64,000 bases of DNA, taken from assembly GCA_013265495.1 (NCBI GenBank), contig MU058636.1, positions 4,437,741-4,501,740 on the forward strand, written 5' to 3'. This document shows, one piece after another, positions 11,721-24,435 of this stretch. Positions within the stretch are counted from its first letter, which is position 1. The number at the start of each line of letters is the position of its first letter. Both the position numbers and the translations under genes were made by a program. Under the pieces are notes generated by a model that saw only the letters and a list, made by a program, of their open reading frames with translations, was not told where the DNA came from and made no database searches. This DNA comes from Vicugna vicugna (lineage: Eukaryota).

Positions 11721-14264
11721 GAAATTATAGTAAACTAATCTTAGAAGCCATGGCATAGACCACGTCTTTTTATTGTTATGGATTGGATCTTTGTGGAAAA
11801 TTTATATCCCAACCAATTATTGCTAATACATAGGAAAGCAGTGCATTTTTCTATATTATTGTAATGAGCTTTTTTACTAAAATTATTAATTTCAGTGCTT
11901 TTTCAATAATGATTTTTACAAGTTTAAATTCACATAATCTGCAAATAATGCAGCTAGTTCTTTTTCTTATTTTGTTACATTAGTTAGAATTCCTAGATAA
12001 AATTGTTTAATACTATCAGTTTCTGATTTTGCTGAGAATATCTATATAGTGTTTCATCATTTTATGTAAGATATTGACTGGTCTTGGATTATAATCTTAT
12101 CATATTATTGATTTATTATTCTAATCCTAGCAGAAAGTGAATTTTATTAAGTGCTTTTCAGTCTCCATTGAAATGATAATGTGTTTTCCACTTTTTTGAG
12201 GTTATAATAGATTGAAGTAATTAATTCTGAACTAATTTTCTAATGTTGAACTATTTTTGCATTACTGGAATATAGTCCATTTTGTTATAATTTTCTTTAT
12301 AACTTGATTTATCAACATTTTATTAGGATTTCTGCATCTGTTTTCCTAAGTGTTATCAGGCTGTAGATTCTTGCTTTGCTTGCTTTTTTGTTTGGGGGCT
12401 TTATATTTCTCCGCTCTTTGCAGCAAGGATATGTGAATTTTATTAAATGAATTGGAAATCTTTCCACCTTTTTTTATGCTCCAGAATGGCTTGAATAATT
12501 TGGACATGTTTGTTCCTTAACATTTGCTTATAAAATAATTTGGAACTAGTGACTTTTGGGAAATTGGGTTTATTTTTAATCATTGCTGCAATTTCTTCTA
12601 TAATTATCAGCATATTGGGATGGTTGAATTTCTTCTTGTGTCCCTTTGGTAACACTTTTCTATAAGATTGTCTATTTCTTACGACTTTTGGAATTTGCTA
12701 ATATGGAGTGTATATGTTGTTCTTCATTGTACATGTTATTATTTATTCCTAGAGCAGTATATTTGTACTTTGTCCCAGGCTTAATCTGCCTTTGGCAGAA
12801 GTTTGACTCTTTTATTGTCATTTTAAAGTGTCAATTCTTAGATTCTTCAATTCTACAGTTTTCTAACTCATTATTTTCTGGTTTTCTATGTCTTTAAAAT
12901 CTTTCCCTTTCATATTCTTAATTTATGTTATTTCTCTGTCATCCTAGGTAATATATTTAATTCATTTATTTTATTTTGTCCCAATTTAATAACAGCAATC
13001 TTAGTTGCATCGTGTCCCACAGAGACACAAGTGTTTTGAAACTGGAGGAAAACTGTCAAAACCATATAATTCAAACCTTTTGTTTTCCATATTAGGAAAG
13101 CAAACAGGTTAAAGGCTTGTTTCGCAGCTGGCTACTTGCAGAACCAAAGTATCAAACAACTTTCCTGACTCTCTTCTACTCCAACACTCTTCCTTGGCTT
13201 CCTAACCCTGTCAAAGACACAAGAGTAAAGTAAAGAGACATCACTTCTGGTGGGAATGTGACCCGTCTGCTGTTACAGCTTAGGAGACCCCTCTCCAGCG
13301 GCCAGGGCTTACAGCAGCCAGCTCAGTGCTTTCTGAGCAGTTTTTTTGTCTCTGGGACAGAGGTTAGTTTGTGTTGACACAGGCTAAACAAATAAACCTG
13401 TTGATTCAGGTAGAGTGCAGGGCCTGTAGAGGGCGGCTTTGGAACTAGAGTTCAGGCCAGTGGAGCCACACCCGTCCTAAAGGAACTCGCATCCCTTCCA
13501 CTGGGCTCTGAACCAGCCCTCCCAGGGGAGAGAACCTCATTCTTCCCACTGGTTCCAGTCTGACCACGCCCCCACCCACCACCCTGCTCCATTGTTCCTG
13601 CATGGTGACCTAATTGCGTTTTTACCCCAGAGCCACCTTGCCCCTAGGAGGTCTGCCGTCTCCTTGAATTATAGCTCCCGGAGCAAGGCCAGTCAGCTTA
13701 GCAGAGGGGGTGGGAGAGGGGAAGAAAAAAATGAAATCAGAGCAGCTCAGTCAATAAACAGTCCGGCTCCCTCCATTTTTCTCCTTTCTGGCCTTAACTT
13801 GTATTAATGAAAGTGCAGTGGGATGGGGCCAAAAGCAGAGTGGTTGAGACACAGGTTCAAAAATGAGTTTTTCTTCCTTTTTTGCTTACACAGAGTTATG
13901 AAAGTTCAATACTTTCATTTAACATTAGATATTAGATGAGAATGAAGATGCAAAAAGATGGATGAATGTGTACATACATATGTATATACGCACACACATT
14001 TTACACACATGGAATAGTCTGGAACCCAAGGGAATCCTGTGATGGGGCATCTTTATGTAAAGTGATGAATGCTTCTGTCATGGGAATAATTTTACTCCAT
14101 CTTTAAGTGCCTATTTTGTCTGGGTTTTTTACATTTTATATACAATAATGCTCAGTCTATTTTTTATTCCTTTTTTTTTTCCTGCACTGCTTGAAGATAA
14201 GGGTTGTTGTACTGTTGTCACCTGGAATTACCTGTAAAAGTCAATGCAGCTCACAATTCCAAGT

Positions 14265-14515
14265 CAACTGATGTTTATTAAGGGCTAACTCTGTGCCAAG
14301 CCCTGTACCCAGGGGCTTTCACAAGAATTATCTTGTTTACTTTCCTACAGCCACCTCCTGAATAGTTAATGCTATTATTCTTGCTTCACCGATGATAACA
14401 CAGACGCTCAGAGAGGTTAACTCACTTATCCTAGATCACACAGCTAATAAATGCCAGAATCTAAGATCAAATTCAGACCTTCTGATTTCAAGTTTAATAG
14501 TCTCTCATCTGCCTC
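14265..14515 (-). mobile_element. MIR, near full length
   Basis: GCTCAGAGAGGTTAACTCACTTATCCTAGATCACACAGCTAATAAATGCCAGA. Confidence 0.8.
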
Positions 14516-16444
14516 CCAGACCAAAGCCATTTCTTACTACATGGTAAACTCCTCAAGGTTTAGGGTAATGCCTTGTTTGTCTGCATATGGTGTATTGTCA
14601 GCTGTTTCCCAGGAGATTATATGCTTTGTGGATTATTATCTTTTATTGATTTTTATTTTTATCAAAGTATTACATAAGCCTCTTTGAGAGGTCAGATAAC
14701 AATGCTATAAGTCCTTTCAAAACTAGCCATCTCCTGACCTACCCTACATAATAAATTTTGTGTTCCAGAATTGTTCCCTGCAGTTTGATATAGAATTTGA
14801 AAGAGAAAGGAATAAGAAATTGCTTCTATTTAACAAATACTATGTCCCACGTAGAATGAGTTGCACTTCCTGAAGGGGATCATATTAAATCCTCAACAAG
14901 ACCCTCACTTATCTTGGGCTCCCTCCCTGTGCCGTGAGAAACACATCTGTTATCAAGTGTCAAGACCATTAGCAAGATGTTTTATATATCATGGACCAGT
15001 TCAGCTGGTTCTCAGGAGTTCTTCCCTCTACTCCCAAATTGATTGGTTACTAATAAGTCAGAAATGAAGCTAAAGCAATCTGCATGAGCACTTTTTTTAA
15101 AAATGAAATTCATTATATTCGCGCCTACTCTCTTCCTTCTGAAAACAGATGTATATCCTATAACTTTATTTGAGTTTTTATGGTTAGAAGCTACACAAGT
15201 CTGAAATGGTATGAAATTTTAAGTAAAGGTTCTTCATTTTGCCTCTAAAATACTGCATCTTACCCTGCCCACAGAGTGGCACGTAGATAACCCTTTGAAC
15301 TTGAGAACAGACAGCCCAGTCTGTGCAGCACTGGATTAATTTGTTGGTGTAAATTATATTTACTAGCTTTTTGCTCATATTCATTTTTCTACTTCAGTTG
15401 TTCATTAAGTACATACGATGGAAATTCCGTCTCTCTTCCTCCCCGCACTCCCTCTTTCTTTTTCCTGGCACACCCTGGAGCCAGACAATCTGGTCAGGTA
15501 GTGTTGTTCTCCTTGGTTCATTAAATTGAAAATTCCTCCAGCTCAGGAATGTTTTTATTCTTTTATTTCTACCTCCCACCCCTGGACTTACATTTCTGAT
15601 ACATAAAACAGCCCAGTAAATGTGTGTTGCATTGAATAGAAAGGAACCACAGCATCTGTCAGCCTTGGGGGACATCCTGTTTGTACCTCCACCTGCCCCT
15701 CGCGTGTTCAGAGGCGAGCGCTTCCAGAAGGGGACTGAGGTTCCCAGGGAGACACCGTTCACTGGGGCAGGCGGGAGAGCCACGGCCTCACATCCCACCT
15801 GCCTGTCCATTCCTCTTGCTGTATGTAAAGCCTTACCCTCCTGCGGCCCTGTCTCTTGCCTTGGAAAGGTGCTGCTGTCATTGCCCAAATCTATTGCAGA
15901 ATCTAAATGAAATGTCAATTAGATGGATTAGCACTAGAATTCTCTTCCCTTCTCTTTCTCTTTCTCTCTCTCTCTGTTTTTGGCATAACTTAAAAAAAAA
16001 GATTTTTGTGATTATTTTTTGCACTCACTCCTTTTGCAACTTGACCGAAGCAGTTGTTCATAGTCATGTTTCAGTCATTTGTGGATCAAGAAAATCAGCT
16101 TTAGAAGGTTAGGGTCAAGTGTTCAGACCTTATGCTTCCCTGCTGGCCTTTTACCTACGTATTTCAGTTTGTCTTGAACTCTTAGTATTATTTTTTCTTT
16201 TTCTAACTTCCTTTTTTCTGCTGGCGTCAACTAGTTAGGTATCTGTGTTTATGTAAGTGGATGAAAATAGAACTCCTGCAGCCCCAAACGGCTTCTAGAA
16301 ATTGCAAGGACTCAGGAGACACAGTTCCCCTGGCATCCACCTCTTAGCTCCGGAAGCCTGGCCTTCTGTACAAAGACACACACCCAGGGCAAGGAGTCAG
16401 TGACCCCAGTGAGGCAGGAGGGTGAACCTTCAGCTCCACAGCCC

Positions 16445-17460
16445 AGCAGACGTTCACTGAGGACTGAGTATTTGCCAGGCACTGCGCTAGGCACTGGGGA
16501 TGCAAAGATGAGTAAGAAGTGAGTCACATGCCAGCCAGCGAGACTGATGCTTGAGCAGATAATCAGAAAGCCGCAGAGGACGGGCGGTGGTAGAGAGCTA
16601 TGTGGGTGAGCTAGCAGCACAGAGGGGACGCTAACTCAGCTGGGAAAAGCCAGAAACAGTTTCTTAATGGAGCCTAGGGAATTGGGGGTAGGGGAGGAAG
16701 GAGGAGTGGTGTAGGGAGGGAGTGAAGGCAATTAAGGGGTGAGGGGCAGGGGAGAAAAGGGAGGAGGTGGCAAAAGGAATTGGGCACTGAGAAATGCCTG
16801 GGAGTGGGGAGTGTTCAGGGCACTAACTACATGCCACTGAGCGTTGGTGAACAGGCAAGTGCAAAGAAGGTGGCAGAGATGAGTGTGCAAGGCAAACTGG
16901 CACCTGTCATGGAGAAAAGGCTTGGTGATACCCAGGATGGAAATGGAGCCATCATTGTCTTTCCACCTAAAGACCTCAGGGAGCCATCAGACAATTTAAG
17001 CAGGATGACCTCACCGTTTGCCTTTTCAATGGAGCCATTGGCACCTACAGTTCAGACATGTTGGAGGGCAGAGTGCTGGAGGCAGAAGAAAGTTATCACA
17101 GGGTCTGGGCAAGGGTTAATGAAGACCCACATTAGGACATGGGTGACAGGAATAGAGGAAGCGATGAATTCAAGGAGAGAGAGCTGGCAGTACTGGCTAA
17201 GCGGTGTGTGGTGAGGGGAGGGATTTAGAATGATTCCCAAGTTAGAAACTCAAGTGGCCAAGAAAATGCTGGAGGGGTAGCAATTTAGAGATTATGATGA
17301 TTTCCGTTCTGGACATATTGAGCCTTGGGTGATCTTAAATATCCAGGTGGAAGTGTCCAGTAGGTAGCTGGATGTGAGCTCAACTGCGAGATGGTAGCAC
17401 AGATTTGAGAATTTTATGTGTCTGGAGAGCACACAGCCAGTACGTGAGAAGGAGAACACA
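16445..17460 (-). mobile_element. L2 3' region (about 1 kb)
   Basis: TGCCAGGCACTGCGCTAGGCACTGGGGATGCAAAGATGAGTAAG...GGACATATTGAG...ATCCAGGTGGAAGTGTCCAGTAGGTAGCTGGAT. Confidence 0.75.
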
Positions 17461-18088
17461 AAGGTGATTAAATTTTATCCCTCAGTTGATCATATCTGTC
17501 TGAAAATCCCAAGCTGCTTAGCCATATAGGTCAAGACAGAGATATAGACACACATGTGTGTGCATACGTACCGTTCCCCTCCCTGCTAAGGACTAGTAAA
17601 AGAAATATTCTGTGAAGCGCTGCATCAGAAGAAGCGTCTGCAAGGAATGTAGGCAAAACAACATAAACCAAAAGCCACATACCTCCTCCAAAAAAAGAGC
17701 AGCGCACGTAGAAAATTACAGCTTTGTATCCATGTCAAGGAAGAGGGTTTGACAGCTGCAGGATGTGAGAAGATTCAAATAACTAACTTGTTTGGTTTGG
17801 GGAAAAGGTATGCTCACACGAAGTCACAAGAGAACGCCTTGCATCCTCAGTGTGCAGTCAAGTCACTCAATACATCCCTGCTCGCCACTCCTCCTAACGA
17901 TGCATTTAATGTGTCCACCCAGTCTTTCATTTCCCCGCTAGTAAGTATGAAACTGTGCAAAATACTGTGGATTTTTAGATCTGAGCATTCACTAAAGTCA
18001 TTTTGATATTTCAAAGTGGAAGTTAAATTGTAGCCATTGTCTAGGGACAAGAAACTTCATGTGTATGTCTGTATAGTACGAGATACGC

Positions 18089-18228
18089 AGCTGGCCGTCC
18101 TTACTTGCAGGTTCCACATTCGTGGATTCACCCAACTGCATTTTACAAAAGAGACTTGATCATCTGTTGATTTTGGTATCCGCTGGGGGTCCTGGAACCA
18201 ATGCCCCATGGATACTGAAGACCACTGT
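18089..18228. mobile_element. MER2/Tigger3-type TcMar non-autonomous element, internally deleted
   Basis: GGTTCCACATTCGTGGATTCACCCAAC...GATTTTGGTATCCGCTGGGGGTCCTGGAACCAATGCCCCATGGATACTGA; degenerate CAG...CTG terminal inverted repeats. Confidence 0.75.
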
Positions 18229-18297
18229 GTTACCTTACTAAGTGACAACTCAATACAGGAAATTCTTGTATTAAGTGATTTAAAGAATTTTATTTCT

Positions 18298-18469
18298 GAT
18301 AAACAATGAGGTCCTACTGTTTAGCACAGGGAACTATATTCAATATCTTATAACAACCTATAATGATAAAGAATGTGAAAAAGAATATATTTATGTATAA
18401 TTGAAACACTGTGCTATAAACCAGAAACTAACACAACATTGTAAATCAATGATGCTTCAATTAAAAAAA
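18298..18469 (+). mobile_element. 5'-truncated L1 3'UTR (cetartiodactyl L1MA9/L1_Art-like) with TSD
   Basis: GTCCTACTGTTTAGCACAGGGAACTATATTCAATATC...poly(A); perfect 16-bp TSD AAAGAATTTTATTTCT at 18282-18297 and 18470-18485; TT/AAAG endonuclease-type site. Confidence 0.92.
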
Positions 18470-19429
18470 AAAGAATTTTATTTCTTATGGTTCCTCTCTT
18501 GAAATAGCAAAGAAATAAACCTTTGTAACAGTTGGTAAATATTTTATCATTTTTTCAAGTGTGAATCACACTGAGAATTCCATTGTCAGTTTCTCCAAAA
18601 CTCTAAAATTTTCCAGAATTCTTAAATGTCTCATTCCTATAAGAATTCTCTCAATGTAGGAAAGAGGAAATCGAGAAATCAGTTATAAATACCCAGCCTT
18701 TCAGATCAAGAGTAAATACAAAATAAAGGCCTGACAAAAATAAAGACAGGAAACCTAGAGCTAAGGTAGTGAGAATTTCAGAAGGATTATTGTGGAAAAA
18801 TGGAAAACCACGAAACAGCTTTTATTAAATTACTAGTCAAATGTCTACCTCTCTGTCAGGACCGAAATGAAACCACAAGCAGTCATAGATGGAAAAAAAC
18901 TGACCTCCCTAATAGGATAGCATTTCAGCAAGGTGGTGTGATAGCCGATCCTTTGTGGAGAAACTCGTTCAACAACAAGAAAAATACAGGTTTGTGTATA
19001 ACAGAGTAACTACTGATTTATGAAGAACTCTGTGGAGTTTCAGTTGTTTTCTGTCTACTTTGGGGACAATCTGTAGAAAAATGCAGTTACATTTTGAGTT
19101 CTCTTGCCCCCTTCCAACAGTTGGTGTGTGCGGGAAAGGTAAAAATTCATTTCTTTAGTTGCCTGTATAAATTATCATTATAAAGACAGTTCCTTTGGCT
19201 TGTATTGGACTCCTGAGCCTGATGTAAAGTATTTGAAGTCACTTTTTTCTGCTCCATCTTCTTTAGCACAGGTAAAAGTAGTCAGTTCTGTATTGACTGC
19301 ATAGTATTGAGGTCTGTCCTTGTAGGGGAGAGCGGACCCGGCAAACAAGGTGCAGGGACTTAAAATGTGTTTGTTTCTTTTACTTGACCTGTCACAACTC
19401 CCAAAGAGGCCATCATCAAATGGCTTTTA

Positions 19430-19593
19430 GGGGACTGAGGGTACAGCTCGGTGGTAGAGTGTGTGCTTAGCATGTGCGAGGTCCTGGGATCAATCCCCAA
19501 TATTGCCATAAAAAAGTGAATTTAAAAATTTACATGTTATTACTTGGTGTACTGATAATCATTTAAAAGTAAAGACTCTGTCATGCATTTAAA
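19430..19593 (+). mobile_element. tRNA-Ala-derived SINE (vic-1-like) with atypical unique 3' tail
   Basis: CAGCTCGGTGGTAGAG...CTTAGCAT...GGGATCAATCCCC head; TSD AAATGGCTTTT at 19418-19428 and 19594-19604. Confidence 0.85.
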
Positions 19594-19919
19594 AAATGGC
19601 TTTTTGTTTTGCAGAACACCAAGGCTGAAGGATACTAATAGTTTTTTGATAGTAAATAAGGGGAAAGAAAGTTCTCTGTTCAACAAAGTTTGGAAAATGC
19701 CGGTTAAGCAGAGTTAAGTGGGGTTGGTTCTTTGCGGCAAGATTCAGGAGTCTTCAGTGTGGCCCCTTGCACGGCGACTCTCCAGGAGAGGACAGTTGTT
19801 TGCAGAATTTCCTGGCTGTTTCTCACCGGGGCACAGCTCTGTCACTAGGACTTTCGCAAACCTGCTGTCTGAAAACGCGAAGGCTCTGACTCGGGAAGTT
19901 CTGTGACGACGACCATGTG

Positions 19920-20095
19920 GGCCAGGGGGCGGGTTAAACCGGAGGCCTCAGCTAATGCGCGATTTTGGTTTCTTTGGCCTGTACACTGTTTTTAAAAACC
20001 TGAAGCCAACATTTACAAATCAGGATATTTCAATACAGAAATCAGGGGTTCAAGCGTCCCTTGAGAAAGAATGGATGAGGCAAGTTTGGGCCTTC
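19920..20095. mobile_element. hAT-family DNA transposon remnant (MER102-like; family uncertain)
   Basis: TTTGGCCTGTACACTGTTTTTAAAAA...GCCAACATTTACAAATCAGGATATTTC...CTTGAGAAA resembles a remembered hAT-Charlie MER consensus. Confidence 0.4.
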
Positions 20096-20544
20096 AGTCC
20101 TCCACAGGCACAGTCCACTGGACCTTGGGAAGCCACTACCCTGCAGGGGAGAGATGTGCGCCCCGTTTATCAGTGTCTACCCACTCCGTTTCCGACACAA
20201 CAGCCTCACTCATTGGTCTTACTTGGGTGGCTCCAGAAATATCGGCCCCTCCCAGCCACATGGTACCCTTTACACGGGTGAGGGGGGCTCCGAGGTTGAA
20301 TATGGGAGGGGGGTGGATGGCAGGACAAAGCCTGGAATCTAAAACCAAATATACCAAAATGTAGACAGCAGTTGTCTTGATTTCCACTTCCTTTTATTTA
20401 CTTTTTTGTGTTTTCCTAATAGTCTACAACAAATAGGTCTTTCCTTTATAATCAAAATGAGATATTTTTTTAAAAACCAGCTAAAAAGAATCTGGAAAAG
20501 GAATTTTTTGAAGGTTAGCTACTATGAAATACCTACCTTAATGA

Positions 20545-20679
20545 TTTTATTTATTTATTTTTTTGGTGGGAGGAGGTAATTAGGGTTTATTTTTGTTTTT
20601 GGAGGCGGTACCAGGGATTGAACCCAGGACCTTCTGTATGCTAAGCATGCACTCTACCACTTGAGCTATACCCTCCCCC
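20545..20679 (-). mobile_element. tRNA-Ala-derived SINE (vic-1-like)
   Basis: Reverse complement is GGGGAGGGTATAGCTCAAGTGGTAGAGTGCATGCTTAGCAT...GGTTCAATCCC...CCTAATTACCTCC plus an A-rich tail. Confidence 0.9.
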
Positions 20680-21329
20680 TGCCTTCCTTTAAATCCTGAT
20701 TTCTAGTAGTATTTATAAGACCAATAAGAGACATGTGAATTTGATACAAGAAACCAAAAATAGGTCTGCTTTAAGAGTTGTCTTAAGATCCTGCCCCTTA
20801 GCTCTTCCACTTGAGTTAAAAATATAAATTTGTAGTTATATTTTGTGGAGGTAGGGTTGAAAGATGTTGGTTTGGCTTATATGAAGTTTGGTTTCTGATA
20901 CTTGGACCTTTCCTAGATTCCCGACTAAGATATAAAATAAATCAACATTTATCTAGAAAGTGATTTAAAGAAAATAAAAGAAGGATAAATAGGTCTTTCT
21001 GAGGGGATCGAGTTGCTGGGGAGAATTGAAGTGGAAAATTAAGGCCCACTTTACTGGTGAAGACAGTTCCAAGTTTTGATAAAGTTTCCTTGAAGCTGGC
21101 TAAGATTTAATAGGGAGTACACAAGCATGACACATTCTAAAGTCTTGTGTGAAACAGACGTTTGGAATTCTGAGTTGGAATTTCATTCCTGGACAGAGGA
21201 AATAACATGGTGGCTCCATTCCACACCTGAGGGTGGAAATACTGGTCATAAAAGAAGGCCCAGAAATGAGGGTGGGGCAAAGGAGATGCTTTGTGGATAA
21301 GGATAAGGAACCAGGGAGAAGGAAGACAA

Positions 21330-21850
21330 AAACATTTATTTAGATTTTCTTTAATTTCTCTGAGTAATATATCTTTAGTTTTCAGTGTATACGTCTGTCG
21401 CATCTTTTGTCAGATTTATCCCTAAGTGCTTAATATTTTTATAAGATTGTTTATTTTATTTTATTTTCCAGTTTTTCATTGCTAAAATAGAAATACAATT
21501 GATTTTGTGCATTTATCTTGTATCTTGCAACCTCACTGAACCCACTTACTAGTTCTTGTAACTTTATTTAGAATCTGTCAGATTTTCTACTTAGGCATTT
21601 GTGTCACCTGCAAATACAGTTTCATGTCATCCTTTCTAATTTGATGCCTTTTATTTCTTTTTCTTGCCCAATTTCACTGAATAGAACTTCTAGAACATGT
21701 TCAAGAGAACTGGTGAGTGTAGTCATTCTTGCCTCATTCTTGGTCTTAGTCATTAAATATGGTAAAATCTGTAAGTTTTTTGCAGATATCCTTTATTAGG
21801 TTGAGGGACTTCCCTTCTTTTTTATTTTGCTGAGTGTTTTAATCAGGAAT
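21330..21850 (-). mobile_element. L1M (L1MC/MD-like) ORF2 fragment
   Basis: TAGATTTTCTTTAATTTCTCT...AGAAATACAATTGATTTT...TCTTGTATCTTGCAACC...AGGTTGAGGGACTTCCCTTCT. Confidence 0.8.
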
Positions 21851-22439
21851 ATCACCCTCAAATCAAATACATTTTATAAAAGTCATAATGGTAAAGGTAC
21901 CACTTCATTTGCCAGAATAACACTACCTAGCATTATGTGAATATGTACAATTTCTCAGCTTGCTCTTATTTATTATCTATTTTATACATATATAACATCT
22001 TTCCCCTAAGAATATCAACCATTACTTAGTTAATTCACCCAAGGCATTAGTGAAAGAAGCAAGAATGACTTCCCTTTTTAAGCTCAGAATATTAAGATAC
22101 CACAACACGAAATAGCTTAATCCTAGAGAACAACAATTTATTTGTTTGTCCGAATACAAAATTTATAAATTTAGATTTCTAGCTTAAAGAACCTTTTGGA
22201 TTAATGATTAAAAGACATTTCTAAATACTACCCTTTCTGCTCTCTCCTCACCCCAAACAAAACCCCAAACATATGGGACAAAGCAAGGACTGGATCCAAG
22301 AGCCAAAAACCCAACAAAATGAAATCTCATGGAGGCAACGTAAAGACGTCTGATGTGTTTCAGAAAGTCAGTATCTTAGGGTCAGGATTGGTGAGGTCTC
22401 CCTCACAGCAAGGCATGTGTTGAACTTTGGGGGTTTTGG

Positions 22440-22705
22440 TTGGTCAGATGATCAGACAGTAAAGAAATATGGCTGCTATAAAAGCTAAAGTCATTTTATG
22501 TTGCATTAATAGGTGTGTAGCATTTATATCAAGGGTAGAACTAGTCTTATGATTCTCTGCACTAGAGCACATCAGAGGTGTTCGATCGAATTCTTAACAG
22601 TATTTAAAAGAGGGAAATGGTCTAACCAGAGGTAATTTGCTAAGATGTGAAGGGTCAAGATTCCATGTCAAAGGTGGAACACTTAAGGAGCTAAGACTAG
22701 AAATA
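22440..22705 (+). mobile_element. CR1/L3 LINE remnant
   Basis: AAAGCTAAAGTCATTTTATGTTGCATTAATAG...TCAAGGGTAG...CTCTGCACT...CCATGTCA...AAGGAGCT follows the L3 ORF2 3' region. Confidence 0.55.
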
Positions 22706-23055
22706 GCCAGGCCTGTTGGGAGTCTAAAGCAATAGCTCAGGAAAAAGATAATGAATGCTACCCCTGGGCAGTGATAGCAGAGGTGCAGAAGATGTTTAAA
22801 CATAGATGTTTAAGGGGTAAACGTGACATCCTTTGGGTGATTTCAAGATTTATAGCTGCTGAGTCACTGGGTAAGTGGTGGTGCCATTTTAGTGGGAAAT
22901 TCAGGAATGGAGGTTTGGAGGGCCCAGTTTTGTACATGCTGAGTTTCCACTGGGAAATGTTTGGTATGTAATGGAATACACAGATCTAGAACACTACAGA
23001 GGAGTTTGGGATGGACTTAGACATCATTGGTACGCAGATGAAAGTTGCGTTCATG
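22705..23055 (-). mobile_element. L2 remnant
   Basis: CTGGGTAAGTGGTGGTGCCATTT...GTTTTGTACATGCTGAGTTT...GACATCATTGG. Confidence 0.55.
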
Positions 23056-23682
23056 GCTGAGAACACCTGCTGAGTGCCTCTAATGCTGTGGCCATCTCGG
23101 TTATTAGCAGTCACTTGGCAACCTGGGTTTAAGCAGCCACATTTCTGAGGATACACTGTACAGTATTTGGACAAAATACTTCAAAAGCTTTGATTCTCTT
23201 ATGAATGCAAATTTCAGTTCAGTTCCTTAAACCGAAGAATAACAAGGACTGTCTGTCCTTCCCTTTGTAGACCATGTGGGTGTGTGTATAGGGAGGGAGG
23301 TTTGTTTATGTTGTACCCTCTCACCGAAGAGCTCACAGCAAGCCCAGAAAAATGTGCCCTGAAGCCCTGCCTTAATTTGAGAAAAGGCCAGGCAGTTGCG
23401 CTGGCATTTTGCTGAGACTTGCAAAGTTGAACAAGGAGGAATGCAAGTGCAAATGAAGTTGGATTTCAAGCCAGTAAGTGCTTTTTTAAAAAAGGTACAG
23501 TCTGCGTGCCATTGCAAACTTGTGTAAGAGTCTGCTTTAGCAAATCCCTGTGTCATAGATTCTGGAATAAATAAAGATGACTCAGGAGAAGGGTTACTTA
23601 CTGGAGCCAACATTTTTTAAATGTCTTTTTACATTTTGTTAGGAATTACCGAATTGTTTGAATAGATTGGAGACAGTTTTTT

Positions 23683-24435
23683 TTTTACATTTTTTATTGA
23701 TTCATAATCATTTTACAGTGTTGTGTCAAATTCCAGTGTTCAGCACAATTTTTCAGTCATTCATGGACATATTCACACTCATTGTCACATTTTTTTCTCT
23801 GTGATTTATCATAACATTTTGTGTATATTTCCCTGTGCTATACAGTGTAATCTTGTTTATCTATTCTACAATTTTGAAATCCCAGTCTATCCCTTCCCAC
23901 CCTCTCCCCCCCCCCCCGGTAACCACAAGTCTGTATTCTCTGTCCATGAGTCTATTTCTGTCCTGTATTTATGCTTTGTTTTTGTTTGTTTGTTTGTTTT
24001 TGTTTTTGTTTTTTAGATTCCACATATGAGCGATCTCATATGGTATTTTTCTTTCTCTTTCTGGCTTACTTCACTTAGAATGACATTCTCTAGGAGCATC
24101 CATGTTGCTGCAAATGGCATTATGTTGTCGGTTTTTATGGCTGAGTAGTATTCCATTGTATAAATATACCACATCTTCTTTATCCAGTCACCTGTTGATG
24201 GACATTTAGGTTGTTTCCATGTTTTGGCTATTGTAAATAGTGCTGCTATGAACATTGGGGTGCAGGTGTCATCCTGAAGTAGATTTCCTTCTGGATACAA
24301 GCCCAGGAGTGGGATTCCTGGGTCATATGGTAAGTCTATTCCTAGTCTTTTGAGGAATCTCCACACTGTTTTCCATAGTGGCTGCACCAAACTGCATTCC
24401 CACCAGCAGTGTAGGAGGGTTCTAATCTCTCCACA
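23683..24435 (-). mobile_element. Young lineage-specific L1, 5'-truncated (ORF2 C-terminus, 3'UTR, poly(A)), with TSD
   Basis: Uninterrupted ORF2p C-terminus ([24 protein letters not shown]...MFIAALFTIAKTWKQPKCPS...SLICGI*, stop at 24013); 15-bp TSD TGGAGACAGTTTTTT at 23668-23682 and 24436-24450. Confidence 0.95.

Larger units (their letters stand above)
9730..13010 (-). mobile_element. Fragmented old L1M/L1ME ORF2 tract with nested elements
   Basis: T-rich antisense L1 ORF2 motifs throughout (TTTTCCATATATTTATTGGC, TCTGCAAATAATG, ATGTTGAACTAT...GCATTACTGGAAT). Confidence 0.65.

Noticed and set aside
15394..16112. 174-aa and 143-aa ORFs
   Set aside because: They overlap degenerate L2/MIR-like and low-complexity sequence, with no recognisable homology.
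16780..17214. 144-aa ORF
   Set aside because: It lies within the antisense L2 remnant.
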